A DNA stretch of 64,000 nucleotides from an uncultured delta proteobacterium (GCA_963708295.1 CAVPSJ010000015.1:1-64000); one strand, 5' to 3'; counted from the stretch's first letter, positions 39,219 through 50,499 are shown. Numbers and translations: made by a program. Notes: generated from the sequence alone by a model not told the origin.

Positions 39219-39329
39219 CTATGAGCGACAGCAAACCCCACCGCAGCAAAGATCATGGCAGGGTGGCTCGTACCAGCAACAATCATACAGATCGCCCTTC
39301 ACCTTTGTTTTTTTCTCACTTTTTTTCAT
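39219..39329 (-). CDS. 36-aa Cys-rich peptide MKKSEKKTKVKGDLYDCCWYEPPCHDLCCGGVCCRS
   Basis: Translated by hand; AAGGGAG RBS just upstream of ATG 39329; TAG at 39221-39219; shorter than any ORF in the supplied track. Confidence 0.65.
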   Translation of the reverse strand: MKKSEKKTKVKGDLYDCCWYEPPCHDLCCGGVCCRS

Positions 39330-39456
39330 TTTAATTCTCCCTTTTTAAATTTAACAACTGAGCTCAAGAAATCAAGCTCAAAGGAGAATTCAGCTCTCTC
39401 CAGAGACTAACCTTAGTCCTAACCCGGAACCATTCCACCTTGAGAATTCCTCGGTC

Positions 39457-39888
39457 TCAATACACGATTAGGAAAACCTGATATAGGACTACGGTCATGT
39501 AGACGGCACTGATCCCCCAAAGAACGGGCATCACGGGCCGGAATTTGCTATGGAGACATAGTAAAATCAGGGGGATGGAGACCGTAAAAAATTTCCAGAT
39601 CCAAAATTTGTCCCCAAAGAGTTGAATGGCAGAGCAAACCACGGGGTTCATCTCCTGCCCGCCATCCCTTAGAATCACCATGGTCAGAAATGCGTCGAGA
39701 ACATTCAAGCCTAAAATCACAACGAGAAGAAAAAGTAATCCCGAACCGTAACGGTCTACATACCCCCCGGTTTCTTGATCTTTACTCCGCCGAAAGATCC
39801 TCCTTCGACCTGCAAGGATAAACCTGCTGAGTCCGCGCGTGGGGTGCCTTCTACGATCTTTTAGAAATCGTCTATCCGATTTTCTCAA
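39457..39888 (-). CDS. Membrane protein, DUF5658-like
   Basis: DRR/RR-rich N-terminus, LNVLDAFLT...EMNP...K motif, 3 TM helices. Confidence 0.75.
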   Translation of the reverse strand: MRKSDRRFLKDRRRHPTRGLSRFILAGRRRIFRRSKDQETGGYVDRYGSGLLFLLVVILGLNVLDAFLTMVILRDGGQEMNPVVCSAIQLFGDKFWIWKFFTVSIPLILLCLHSKFRPVMPVLWGISAVYMTVVLYQVFLIVY

Positions 39889-40235
39889 ATGGAGGTGCCC
39901 CCGTTATGGCTATAGATCCGGGTTCGCGCCTTTTCCATCCGGGACAATCCGGAGAAGTGCCGCTTAAATTTGATATAATAGCCGTTCAGCATGTTAAGAA
40001 ATTTCGACGCGTAATGATACTCTTCCCAACACTCCCAGAAGTGACCCATTTTCCAAACGATCTCCGTTTCCACCCTAAAGCTCTCATACTCCGTGCCTAT
40101 TGGAAAAGAGATTTTCATATGGATCCTCTTTCCAGGAGGGAGGTGTTTAAAAGCTTGAACGCAGAGGCAGGCCGCCGCACTTACTGGAATTTGATCGCTT
40201 CTCTCGAGACCAACAGGCAATCCGATTAAAATCAT
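39885..40235 (-). CDS. Degenerate PilZ-like protein
   Basis: Only a C-terminal beta pattern (EIVW...Y..KF) is recognisable. Confidence 0.35.
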   Translation of the reverse strand: MILIGLPVGLERSDQIPVSAAACLCVQAFKHLPPGKRIHMKISFPIGTEYESFRVETEIVWKMGHFWECWEEYHYASKFLNMLNGYYIKFKRHFSGLSRMEKARTRIYSHNGGTSI

Positions 40236-40679
40236 TGGGATATCTCCTTTTCTTGATCAATAAACGAATGGAATTTCTGGCTCGAATTAAGATCTGCTGA
40301 CAGGCCGATTCGAATCCCGGTCAGTCTCCAGATGAATATTCTATCTTGTCAAATGAGTTGAATTCATAAGTTTCCATATGAGAATGGTTTTCTTAATACT
40401 GAATATTAAGTGCAATTGTTTGACTTTCTTATAAAGACCTACTTTTCCGTTTGGCATCTGTTCCCTCCCAAAAATGAGAATGACCTTCTCGATCGCCCTT
40501 GCTACCCGAAACGCAACGGGCTTCCCGATTTTCTTTCTAAGCCGATAATACAGGGACATGTTTTTGTTAATGAGAAAGCTTCTCATCCGGCCCTCAGTCG
40601 GGTTAAAAACATTTTTTGTGTCCTGGTCTCACACTAAGTTCTGGGCGAAAAGTCATGTTCGTTTCTCTTCTTAAAGAAG

Positions 40680-40695
40680 AGCAAGACCTGTACCA
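40680..40695 (-). promoter_or_regulatory. Putative sigma54 -24/-12 promoter
   Basis: Minus strand TGGTAC-AGGTC-TTGCT. Confidence 0.5.
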
Positions 40696-41111
40696 AATGG
40701 GGCCAACACTTCCTTTGATGTCAACTGTTACAGGCGGATGACAATTCACGACAATTCATATAAAATTCCTCTAAACTCGAAGGGTGATCAAGGAGAGAGC
40801 GAAGTAGAAGTGATTTTCACAAAAATCCCGAATCCTTTCCCCCAAAAGAGGAATAGTTTTCCTGTCTTTGTCCGGCTCGGGGATGCTGCGACAAGGCGAG
40901 TTTCAATCATCTAACAGGGATGGCGTATCCAAGGGGAGGGCGCTCGGTCCTTCGCCAGGCGAATTTCCCCGCGAGGCTTTGAACCGCCGGGGAAAACAAT
41001 TGAACCAAGGACTTGAAATTGAAGGAAGTGATGACTAAATATAAATTGTTAAACGGGCGCCTCATTGGCGCCGGAGGTTCAAGAAGTTTAAACGGAAAGG
41101 AGGAACGAAAA

Positions 41112-42047
41112 ATGAACAAAATGGAAAAAGTTCTTTTTGTGCTTGGATCCATTTTTTGCTTAGTCTTTCTCGGCAGTAGCGCTTTTTCCCAGGGCTACAG
41201 CAGTGAGTTCCCTGCGGGAACCATCGGACCGACGTATGAACCGACGGGGTCGGGTTTCTACGAAGCCAGTTGGTTGATCGGTCACCGTGTGAGGACGACG
41301 ACCAATGGCGCTTTGGGGCAGGTCGACAGCCTCGTGATCGACAAGACGAACGGACGTGTTGCTCTGGTCGTCCTTTCGGGTGTTCCGAACATCGGGGGTG
41401 AGGCACTGCCCATCCCGTTTAGCTCGATTACAAACATCGGTGCAGGAACTTGTGACTTCAATCCCGGCGGTATGGAAATAGGGGTAGCTCCGGGTGCCTA
41501 TTATCTGAATGAGGACCCGACCGTTTATGCGCTGACGTATCATTCGAGCTGGTCTAAGTTCTACGGCCTCCCGTCGGTGATGGATGCTGCCTGGCTGACT
41601 GAAATCTACAGGCACTATGGTCAGCCCCCTTATTGGACCGAAAGAGGAGCAAAAGCCCCAGAAGCGATGGAGCTGTTTGAAACGAGTAAACTCATGGGTG
41701 CGACGGTTGAGCTGCGAGATGGAGGCACGGCAGGTCGGATCAATGATTTTGTCATTGACCCATCGGGTGGGCAGATCGCTTTCTTAGTCCTTTCCGATGT
41801 TTCCGGAAGATCTACCGATTTGGTTGCTGTTCCGTTCGGTATTGTATCCGCTCGGGGTGGCGATATCTTTGTGCTCGATACCACCAGGGAGCAGCTGGCA
41901 TTGGCCCGCGGCTTTGACGAGTCCAACGACCTGAGCCGTACGCGATGGGCCGGAGACGTCTACCGATACTTTGGCCAGCAACCATACTGGACGGAGCCGA
42001 TGGAAATGGCCCCTGCCTCTGAAGAATCTGAGGGGATGATGGAGTAA
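41112..42047 (+). CDS. Secreted protein with two PRC-barrel domains
   Basis: Signal peptide; ASWLIGHRV...GQVDSLVID and SKLMGATV...GRINDFVID repeats, each ending Y..YG/FGQ.PYW. Confidence 0.85.
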   Translation: MNKMEKVLFVLGSIFCLVFLGSSAFSQGYSSEFPAGTIGPTYEPTGSGFYEASWLIGHRVRTTTNGALGQVDSLVIDKTNGRVALVVLSGVPNIGGEALPIPFSSITNIGAGTCDFNPGGMEIGVAPGAYYLNEDPTVYALTYHSSWSKFYGLPSVMDAAWLTEIYRHYGQPPYWTERGAKAPEAMELFETSKLMGATVELRDGGTAGRINDFVIDPSGGQIAFLVLSDVSGRSTDLVAVPFGIVSARGGDIFVLDTTREQLALARGFDESNDLSRTRWAGDVYRYFGQQPYWTEPMEMAPASEESEGMME

Positions 42048-42090
42048 ATCCAGAGAGGACCGGTTACTAGAAAAGAAGGCCCCCCTTTGA

Positions 42091-42125
42091 GAACAGCGAG
42101 TGAAATGATTCCTCGCTGTTTTTTT
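42091..42125 (+). terminator. Intrinsic terminator
   Basis: aacagcgag-loop-ctcgctgtt followed by a T run. Confidence 0.7.
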
Positions 42126-42511
42126 GTGGCCCCGATTTTAGCCAAGCCTTGCCATGCGACGACCGTAGCCATGGAGCGCCATCGGGTCGTCTGGATAGCT
42201 GCGCGATTAACGCTCAAATCAGGGTTGACGTTTGTGCGATGGTTGATGTTTACCTGAACGGAATGGTGGGGCCAATCCCAGTGCCCCCAGGCATGCCCCG
42301 ACGCTCTACCCACGACGATCCTGGGCCAGAATCCGAATCCCCTGACGATCACTATCCCCGGGGAGGGGGGAAGAAAAAGGGAGAAAGGGCTTGGGCAAGA
42401 CCTGCTCCAAGGCATCCGAAAAATCCGATTGCCTCAATCCTGCCAATCTGGTAAGCTTCTCTGAGACGGAAGATCCCCGTCGGCAGGCTTATCCTTTAGG
42501 GAAACTCCCGC

Positions 42512-42805
42512 ATGGACGAGAATAGCATCCTAGAGCAGCTTGAGGAGCTCCTTCAAAAGTTTGGCGTGCAAATTCGGCATGAAACCATCAAACAAGATGA
42601 GGATTCAATCCACGTCGTCGGGGGGTTGTGCCTGCTCAGAGGAGAGTATGTTCTCATCATCGACTCTCACGCTGCGACGAGGGACAAAATTTGGACTTTG
42701 GGAATAGCCGTGAAACAGTTCGACTATGATCAGATTTATATCCGGCCTGTTCTCAGGGAGTTATTGGAAAAGATGCCTGATCAAAGTCGGTTGAATGGGC
42801 GATAG
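42512..42805 (+). CDS. Hypothetical protein (97 aa)
   Basis: Protein-like ORF with GGLC...IYIRP motif. Confidence 0.7.
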   Translation: MDENSILEQLEELLQKFGVQIRHETIKQDEDSIHVVGGLCLLRGEYVLIIDSHAATRDKIWTLGIAVKQFDYDQIYIRPVLRELLEKMPDQSRLNGR

Positions 42806-42929
42806 GCGCTGAACGAAAATCTGGCCTCCGCCGTTTCCCTCCTTCTTGGCCGCCCGCGGCCGCCCCTTTGTGCCGATCACCCTTCTGCCCGTGGGAGAGG
42901 ACTACGGAGGGGCAGGTTCCCAATTCTTG

Positions 42930-42958
42930 TTGACACCCCGGCCCTAATTGAATACACT
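42930..42958 (+). promoter_or_regulatory. Sigma70 promoter
   Basis: TTGACA-17 nt-TACACT. Confidence 0.55.
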
Positions 42959-43070
42959 TCTACTGGAACGAAACCTCCGTGATCAGATTTTCATTGGCAG
43001 GTTGGTCTGAGGACCAGGAGTGGCCCCTTCCTGAAAAGGGAGGAGGGTTCCCACATTTAGCAGAGGGGAG

Positions 43071-43292
43071 GTGAACAAAGGATCTTTCCTTTGGCCCAAG
43101 ATGATCGAAGATCAGGAGCGTTGTTTAAAGTGCGGGAAACAGGAAGGATTGCAGGGCGTGGCTGTGACGATCGGGAGGAGGACATTTCATCTCTTTTATC
43201 TCTGTGCCCAATGCGGAAATGTCGGCATGGAACGATTGCTGCAAGTCATTCGCTCATACCAGGAGAAAAAACCTGATTCTGAGGGTCCTTGA
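43071..43292 (+). CDS. Small putative Zn-ribbon protein
   Basis: CLKC...CAQC; purine-rich RBS region. Confidence 0.55.
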   Translation: MNKGSFLWPKMIEDQERCLKCGKQEGLQGVAVTIGRRTFHLFYLCAQCGNVGMERLLQVIRSYQEKKPDSEGP

Positions 43293-43366
43293 AGGAAGCG
43301 GCTTAAGGCAAGGGAAGTTCGGGGGAAGAGAAAGAGATCAAGACGGCAGACCGGAAAGCGAGGCCC

Positions 43367-43930
43367 ATGGAGAAGGTCAAGATATTCGCGATCGTATGCA
43401 GCATCTTTTTGATTGGTTGTTTTGCCTCCACCCGGTCTAAACTTCGAGCAGACCCGGATGGGTTCAGGGATATCAAGTGGGGAACCGAGATATCCACGCT
43501 GAAAGACATGGAGAGAATGGAGCAAGATCAATCATCGAATAAGGACCTGGTCTGGTATACGAGAAAAGGAGATCTCCTGGCCATCGGTAAGGCAAGACTT
43601 GAAAACATACTCTACTCCTTTTGGATGGAAAACTTTGAGGGCGTGTGGATTGGTTTCAGGGGGGACGAAAACTTCGACACCCTTAAGAAAGAGTTGTTCG
43701 ACCGGTTCGGAAAAGTTCTTGAGTCCGAGGAACTGGTGAGAAGAATGGATGAAGAGGCAGGGAAGGGACCCTCTTCGATCAGACACGCGGAGGAATTTTA
43801 TGCCTGGTGGGGCCAAAATACAGAGATGACGTTGTCCTATTCCCGAGACCGCCATCAGGGAACCCTCAATATCAGCTCCAAGAGGGTGAGCGAAGAGAGA
43901 AGAACCTATGAAAAACGAAAGGAAAAATAG
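43367..43930 (+). CDS. Hypothetical lipoprotein
   Basis: Lipobox LIGC; PDGFRDIKWGT motif. Confidence 0.75.
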   Translation: MEKVKIFAIVCSIFLIGCFASTRSKLRADPDGFRDIKWGTEISTLKDMERMEQDQSSNKDLVWYTRKGDLLAIGKARLENILYSFWMENFEGVWIGFRGDENFDTLKKELFDRFGKVLESEELVRRMDEEAGKGPSSIRHAEEFYAWWGQNTEMTLSYSRDRHQGTLNISSKRVSEERRTYEKRKEK

Positions 43931-43972
43931 GGCGGGAAAGCGAAAAATATCGGGTTTTAAAAAGCCCCCTGC

Positions 43973-44847
43973 TCAGAAGATCTTTTTCCTTCGCCACTGC
44001 TTCGGCCGGTCGCTGGGGAAAGTAAGCCCGCTGGCATCGACCCCCAGATCGACAGACAGCTTGGCCAGTACGATGGCACAGCTGTACCCTTCCAGTACCG
44101 GAATCTCCCAGCCGATTTCGTTCAGGCGCTTCTTGGAGAAACGACTGCAGCCAGAAAACGTCCGAGCATCCGAAGGTGATCACCTCGGCGCCGTCCTCTT
44201 CGATCGCGGCGACTGCCTCCCTGACGGCCCGCTCCACGGCCTCGGAGGGTTCGCCCTTCAGCGCCTTCTCCCGTTCTTCCGCGATGGAGGTCTCGTTCTC
44301 ATGGCCGGGCCTGGCGTGGTAGTAAGTTGATGTTCCTGATGGAAGCGCAGCGGTCGGTGAAGCGGTGGCGGACCACAAGGTCGTAATAGAACATGTTATG
44401 GGTCTCGGTAAAATCGATGACGCTGAATTTGTTGCCCAGCATGGAGGCGATGTGCATCTGGGAGAAGGCGCAGGAGGTCACGGGGATGCCATACTTTCGT
44501 GCGATCTCCCTGGATTCCAGGAAACCCGGCTCTCCGCCGCCGAGCAGGACGATGGCGTTGTATTTTCCGCTCTCGCAGGCCTCACGGACAATCGGCAATC
44601 GGGCGGCCGCAACGTAGCAAAACTCTTCACGGGTCTCCACTGCCCAATCTCCGTACGGAGCGGGCGGCCCCCCGTGAAAGTCCCATTCCACATCCTCCAG
44701 CAAATGGCCGATATTGAGATAATTCATCCGCAAGCGATGTTCTTTGGACAAGCCGGGAGTATGATACTTGTCCGCAAACCTGCTGTCCGAGGGCAGCTGA
44801 AAGGGCTGGATGAACAAAAACCTGTACTTCTTCTTTTCTTCAGCCAT
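43973..44847 (-). CDS. Asp/Glu/hydantoin racemase family protein (frameshifted)
   Basis: YNAIVLLGGGEPG, IPV, DGAEVITFGCS across frames. Confidence 0.75.
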
Positions 44848-44868
44848 GAATTTTCCTCCGGAACCACC

Positions 44869-45714
44869 TCATGGATCCGAGAGCTTCGATTCGTCGTTGG
44901 CTATCATCAGAAAACCCTTGTCCGTAAGTTCCTTGGCCTCTTTCCACAGGTTCTTCCGGCTCGGGCTTCCAAGAAGCGAGACAATAATCGTTTTCTTCTT
45001 ACGTTCCGCAGCGAAAACGAAACAGTGCTTTGCCTGGTAGGTATAGCCTGTCTTCCCTCCGATCACCTCCTCATCGGACGACAAAAGCTTGTCGGTGTTT
45101 CTAAGGACGATGACCTTCCCCCTTTCTGTCGACACTTCAGCCGCAGGAGTTGCAAGGATCTCTCTCAATTTTGGATAATTCAACGCAACCCTCATAATCC
45201 TGGATAAATCCGAAGCAGTGATATGCTGGCCGCTCCCCGGAAGGCCGGTCGCATTGATGAATTTGGTGTTCGTAGCACCCAGGGAAGCCGACTTTTGATT
45301 CATGATAGAAACGAAAGAATCTTCCGAGCCGGCGACGGCTTCTGAGAGAGCAACGGCAGCGTCATTCGCGGACTTCAGGAGCGCTGCATAAAGGAGCACC
45401 TCAATCGTCACCTTATCCCCTTTCTTAAAGCCCGATTTCAGAGAAGGCGTGCGGGAGGCTTTCGGACTGATCGTGACGGTATCCGATAGATCCGCCTTTT
45501 CGATGACGATGATGGCCGTCATCAACTTTACAGTGCTTGCGGGAAGAAGCAAGTCGTCCGAGTTCTTTCCATAGAGGATCTCTCCTGTGGATGCATCCAT
45601 GATGACGGCTGCCTCAGAGGTGATCACTGCGGCGATAGCGTTCGAATGGGGGAAAACCGAAACGAATAGACAGAAGACCAGCCAGGCCCCAAAAGGGATT
45701 GGAATTCTTTTCAT
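44869..45714 (-). CDS. D-alanyl-D-alanine carboxypeptidase (peptidase S11)
   Basis: PASTVK (SxxK), SAN and KTG motifs; signal peptide. Confidence 0.9.
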   Translation of the reverse strand: MKRIPIPFGAWLVFCLFVSVFPHSNAIAAVITSEAAVIMDASTGEILYGKNSDDLLLPASTVKLMTAIIVIEKADLSDTVTISPKASRTPSLKSGFKKGDKVTIEVLLYAALLKSANDAAVALSEAVAGSEDSFVSIMNQKSASLGATNTKFINATGLPGSGQHITASDLSRIMRVALNYPKLREILATPAAEVSTERGKVIVLRNTDKLLSSDEEVIGGKTGYTYQAKHCFVFAAERKKKTIIVSLLGSPSRKNLWKEAKELTDKGFLMIANDESKLSDP

Positions 45715-45893
45715 AGATTTGTCGATCCGGCTTGCATGAGATGATCGCCCTCCTCTCGGAGCCAAACCTAAGCGATGATTTGTCGAACCCTGTTCCCTAT
45801 GTTACCAGGGAAATTAAAAAAAATAAAGACTCGATCGTTCGTTTTGCTCTCCCACGACCTGCATCGTCCGCTTCCGCGGTGACGAAACCATTA

Positions 45894-46856
45894 TCACGGT
45901 GACTTTAAGGCCTGTATTCGTTCCAGCTCTTCTCCTAACCACTCCGGGTTCTGGGCTGTGCCATCGAAGAGAGAAGTTGTCTTAAAGGGCTCAAATTCGC
46001 CGCTCATCGCCACTTCCCGAGTCTTGGCCAGCAAAGAGGTTACCTCCCTGTGGCTCATCGGACGGAACGTGCGGACCGCTTCGAAGGCTTGATCGAGTAT
46101 TTTCATGCTGTCGATCCCCGTGATCACGACCGATGTGGGCAGACTCAGCGCATAGTGGAGGCACTCCAAAGGCGTCACCGTGTTCGATTTCAAAAGAATA
46201 CGATTGGCCATGCTCTTCATTCCGAGAACGCCAATGTTTTGCCTGACCAGTTCCGGCAACACCTCTTTCTCGAAGCTCCGGTAGTGAGCGTCCATGACGT
46301 TGAGCGGCATTTGAACCGCGTCGAACCTGAACGCGTGCTTCGCCGCGACTTCGAGCATGTAGAGATGAATCCTCGGATCCTTATGCCCCGTGAACCCAAT
46401 GTAACGGAGTTTCCCTGCCTTGCGCGCTTCCACCAGCGCCGCATTTGCCCCGTCTTCGTCGAAAATCCGGTGAGGATCTTCGTACCGCAGAACCTCGTGG
46501 TGCTGGACGAGATCAATATGGTCCACCTGGAGGCGCCGCAGCGACTCGTCAAGCTGTCTTCCTGCTTCTTTTTTCGACCGGCCGTCTATTTTTGTCATGA
46601 GGAAGACTTTGTCCCGGTAGCCGTCGCGCAGCGCTTTTCCCATGCGAATCTCGCTGGCGCCTTCGTTGTAATCCCAGCAATTGTCCAGAAAGGTAATGCC
46701 GCGGTCTATACCGGTGCGAACGATGCGGATACTGAGCGGCTCGTCGACTTTTTCGGATCCGAGATGCCAACCTCCCATTCCGATCGCGGAGACCGTTTCT
46801 CCCGTGCTGCCGAGAACTCGATAAATCATTTCAGGGCTTGACTCTTTTTTTGGCAT
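45894..46856 (-). CDS. Aldo/keto reductase
   Basis: IGMGG, DNCWDY, MTK, DLVQHH, GFTGH. Confidence 0.9.
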   Translation of the reverse strand: MPKKESSPEMIYRVLGSTGETVSAIGMGGWHLGSEKVDEPLSIRIVRTGIDRGITFLDNCWDYNEGASEIRMGKALRDGYRDKVFLMTKIDGRSKKEAGRQLDESLRRLQVDHIDLVQHHEVLRYEDPHRIFDEDGANAALVEARKAGKLRYIGFTGHKDPRIHLYMLEVAAKHAFRFDAVQMPLNVMDAHYRSFEKEVLPELVRQNIGVLGMKSMANRILLKSNTVTPLECLHYALSLPTSVVITGIDSMKILDQAFEAVRTFRPMSHREVTSLLAKTREVAMSGEFEPFKTTSLFDGTAQNPEWLGEELERIQALKSP

Positions 46857-47224
46857 GTTTCCTCCTGTGAATCTGATTCCTTCGACCGCGGTTCCTCGGT
46901 TCCGTCTATGCGCTTTGCGGAAGATTCCATTCTATTTTAAATCGGGGGGAAAAACCATAGATTGAACCTCTATTTTCCAAAAAAAAGCAGTATTTTTCAC
47001 CGGGGAATATGAAATCCTGAAGCGGGAGGACAACGGCAAGCCATTCGACCCAATCGTTCGGCGAGCCGTTTTATAGTCACCCAAAGGGGTACTTGGTTGA
47101 AGGGAGTTTTTCCCAGAGAAAAAGACTTTGATATCAGCCAAATCTACAGGTGTCGCATGGGTCAGGCTTTCAAGGAGAGAGTTTGGGCTTAGTGTGTAAA
47201 GGGTTTGTTCAGCCATACATTTCC

Positions 47225-47253
47225 TTGACATTCAACTCCCTTATTCATATACT
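47225..47253 (+). promoter_or_regulatory. Sigma70 promoter
   Basis: TTGACA-17 nt-TATACT. Confidence 0.65.
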
Positions 47254-47307
47254 TAACTCACCCCAAAGCATGCACTTATTCATTCATATTCATTGAAAGG
47301 CGGAGTG

Positions 47308-47984
47308 ATGACGCACTGGATGTGCACATCGTGTGGCTATTATCTCCAGAGTGACATGCTGCCTGAACGGTGTCCCAGTTGCAGACAAGAGGGTCCTTTT
47401 AACGATGTCACCTGCTATCATCCCGATTGCGGGGGAGAGCACAACATCGATCCTATGCTTGTTGGCAGCACGCTGAAAAACCTCAAGGGTGTTCCAAGAC
47501 CCGAAGCCAAATCGAAACCTCTCCCTCTTTCCACGGAGATTATCCTCAGCGTCGAAATTCTGAAAGGCCTCAACGATCAGGAAAAAGCAGTATCTCAAAC
47601 GCCTGGGACGTGCGGAACATTACGAGTCGAACGCTGGTCATCTTCAACGAAGGGGCAGAGGCGCGAACGTTTTATCTGATCGAGGAAGGGCAGGTGGCGG
47701 TTGAATCCCGATTGAGCAAGGGGATGCTCTTTCCCATCAGCATCGTTTCCGGGGGGCAGGCATTTGGGTGGTCAGCCCTGGTGCCCCCTCATCTGTACAC
47801 GGCAACAATCGTGACCCTTTCGGGAACGCAGGTTATCGCCATCGATCGGGAGGTCATGCTGCATGCGATGCAAACGGATACCTCCTTTGGACTCAAGATC
47901 ATGCAGAATGTGGCAAGCATGATTTCTTCAAGACTCCGCAGCCTGGAACTGGCCCTGGCGGGGTTTCTTCAGAATGGCGGTTAA
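47308..47984 (+). CDS. Rubredoxin-like + cNMP-binding domain protein (frameshift near 47590-47640)
   Basis: WMCTSCGY...CPSC...DVTCYHPDCGG, then IFNEG..FYLIEEG..GQAFGWSAL..YTAT. Confidence 0.75.
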
Positions 47985-48802
47985 GAGATGAAACCTCTTT
48001 CCCGGGCGGCGATGTCCATGGATACAGTCACGAGGCATTCCACGGGCAAGCACAAATCCATTTTCCGCTCCCGGACGTCAACCGTTTTCAGATACCGATT
48101 GCAAACCTCGCACACATACAACCGGTAGGTACGTTCCTCGCTGGAATAGTAGGTTTGAGAGTCCGTCGATTTGCAGAAGGGACATCCGATCCGGCCATAA
48201 ATCCACTCTCCGTAACATCGCGGGCACAGCAGAGTTCGTGGACCTGAATCCGAGGTCAGGGCAGCGAAAGCGGGCCTGCCACCGCAGATGGGGCAGTATT
48301 CTCGATACCAAAGGTTCAATGGAATACGGGGCAGGATCAGATCACATGCCAACTGTAGATAGGGAGCCAAAACAAATCCGCTGGCTACCCGAGCCCAATC
48401 TCCCGTGGCTCCGGAAATAACCAACGGGCCTCTGCTGAGAAAGATCTCCCGCGCCCATTCGATAATCTTCTCCGGAGACGGGTCTGTTTCGAGCCCATCA
48501 CTTTCACCGGCATATGGGATGAGGAGTTGGACGACGCTTTTATAAAGATCCATGAAAGGGGTGGCTTCCATGTTCAATTCTTTGAAGGTCATTTGCGGGA
48601 GGCCGTCGGTCAGACCCGTGAGATTCACTTCTTCTTTTGCCAAATCCCCAGCCTTCCCGGATACTCCCAACTGGGATTTAAACGCAAATTGGGCCCGGAA
48701 AAGGCTTCCATAAAAGTCTAGCAGTTCCTTAAGATCCTGGTGAATCACATGAGCCTTCCCCAAGTCGGACAAGATCGTTTGATCCCGCTGGCTGAACGAC
48801 AT
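47981..48802 (-). CDS. fdhE: Formate dehydrogenase accessory protein FdhE
   Basis: CPICG, CPRC..W...R..CPFC, CEVC..YLK. Confidence 0.88.
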   Translation of the reverse strand: MSFSQRDQTILSDLGKAHVIHQDLKELLDFYGSLFRAQFAFKSQLGVSGKAGDLAKEEVNLTGLTDGLPQMTFKELNMEATPFMDLYKSVVQLLIPYAGESDGLETDPSPEKIIEWAREIFLSRGPLVISGATGDWARVASGFVLAPYLQLACDLILPRIPLNLWYREYCPICGGRPAFAALTSDSGPRTLLCPRCYGEWIYGRIGCPFCKSTDSQTYYSSEERTYRLYVCEVCNRYLKTVDVRERKMDLCLPVECLVTVSMDIAARERGFIS

Positions 48803-49145
48803 ACCTCATCCCTCCGGATCGAAATGAAGAAAATCTTCGTGAAAAAATCTGTCAGAAATCACTATAGCCGAATATCTTGTTTTTTAAAAGGTTAAAACGG
48901 CCGCATTCTTCCCTTCTTCAAATGAACTTGTAGCCCCTGGAGTCAAAGGCTTGCCGACCCTGAATCAGGGTGCCGTCCTCGCTCACATGTTCCTATCCAC
49001 AGGCTTATGGCATTGGGACCAGAGCGCCTTCAGGAATGCCGATGTAGGCTGCGGGCGTTTCCTCTGGCCTCGCGTCACGAGGAAAATGGAAGGTCCGAAT
49101 GCTCGGTAGGGACCCGAGTTCCAGATTGTGATCGTGATTGTACAT

Positions 49146-49174
49146 TTGACATGTTTATCCTCTTTTGATATAGT
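49146..49174 (+). promoter_or_regulatory. Sigma70 promoter (extended -10)
   Basis: TTGACA-17 nt-TATAGT with TG immediately upstream of the -10 region. Confidence 0.65.
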
Positions 49175-49348
49175 TAGGCCCGTAAAGTTTCTCTTTCAAC
49201 GGTTGCCGCAAAGGCAGGAGGAAAACACCCATTCAACCTGATCCGAAATCCCCCGTCTTCCCTTAGCTAAGAGCGCACTGTCCCACCCGAAATGGGTCAG
49301 GCACAGCGCTTGTCGATACAAGAAAATTACACTCAGGGAAGGAAATCC

Positions 49349-50499
49349 ATGCGTGTTCTTGTCGTGGACGATGAGCTGGGGATCCGGGAGGGGTGCAGGC
49401 GGGCCCTCGCCCCCCAAGGATTTGAAGTGGAGGTGGCCGAGAACGGGCCTTCCGGTCTGCACAAACTCCGGGAAGCGGCTTTTGACATCCTCCTGGTGGA
49501 CGCCATGATGCCGGGGATGAGCGGACTGGAAATGCTGCATCATGTCCGACAATTGTATCCTGAGCTCATTTGCATCATCATCACCGGATATGCAACCGTT
49601 GAACTGGCGGTGCAGGCCATGCGCGAGGGGGCCCATGACTTTATCGCCAAACCCTTCCCCCCGGCGCTCCTCCTGCAAGTCATGAACCGGGAGTTGGACC
49701 GCCACAGACTGAAGCGCGAGGCGCAGCGGGTCAGAGACCTCGAGGAAGAACTCAGCGGGTTGACGCGAGTGAAGGCGGAAATGGAAAAGCTGGCGGCGAT
49801 TGAGAGCCGCTTTATGCTGACCATGGTTCATGTCTTGCGGGCCCCGGTGGCGGTCATGCAGAATTCCGTCCAGCTTATCCAGAAGGGATATGTTCCGGCG
49901 GAGGAACTTCCCCAAGTTCTGTCAAGGTTGGATCTGCGGGCCGGAGAGCTCCTCGCCATTCTGGACGACCTTCTCCTTCTGTCGCGGCTCAAGGAGGGGC
50001 TGGGAGCCCAGCCGGCGGAGCCCGTTTCCGTGGCCGAGGTCTTGGAGACTGTGCGTCGTCCTTTCAAAAGGAGGCGGCCGAACGCCAATTGACAATCTCG
50101 ACGGAGGTTTCCGATCGCCCCTTCGTTCTGGGAAATCCGGATCACCTCCGGTTGCTTTGGAGCCAATTGCTGAGCAATGCCATCCGTTACACCCCCAACG
50201 GGGGACGAATCACCCTTTCCCTCAAGACAAACTCCCAGGAAAGGCAGATCCAGGGAACGGTTTCCGATACCGGGATTGGGATTGCCCCGGAGGAGATCCC
50301 GCGGATTTTTGAAGTAGTTCTACCGCACGGAGGCGGCGAAATCCATGAAGGAAACCGGCACAGGGATGGGGCTGCCGATCGTTCAGCTGCTTCTTGCCCT
50401 CTACGGGGGCACGATCGAAATCGATTCAACCCCAGGGAAAGGGAGCTCCTTTCGCTTCACCCTTCCCGAGTTCACCCGCGAAGCCGGAGTAGCCCTTGA
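49349..50499 (+). CDS. Hybrid REC-histidine kinase (frameshifted; end approximate)
   Basis: MRVLVVDDE, LVDAMMP, VHVLRAP, LLSNAIRY, DTGIG, GTGMGL. Confidence 0.78.

Noticed and set aside
40341-40586. 81-aa basic ORF downstream of the sigma54-like site
   Set aside because: It has no motif or clear RBS, so I cannot support it as a gene from sequence alone.
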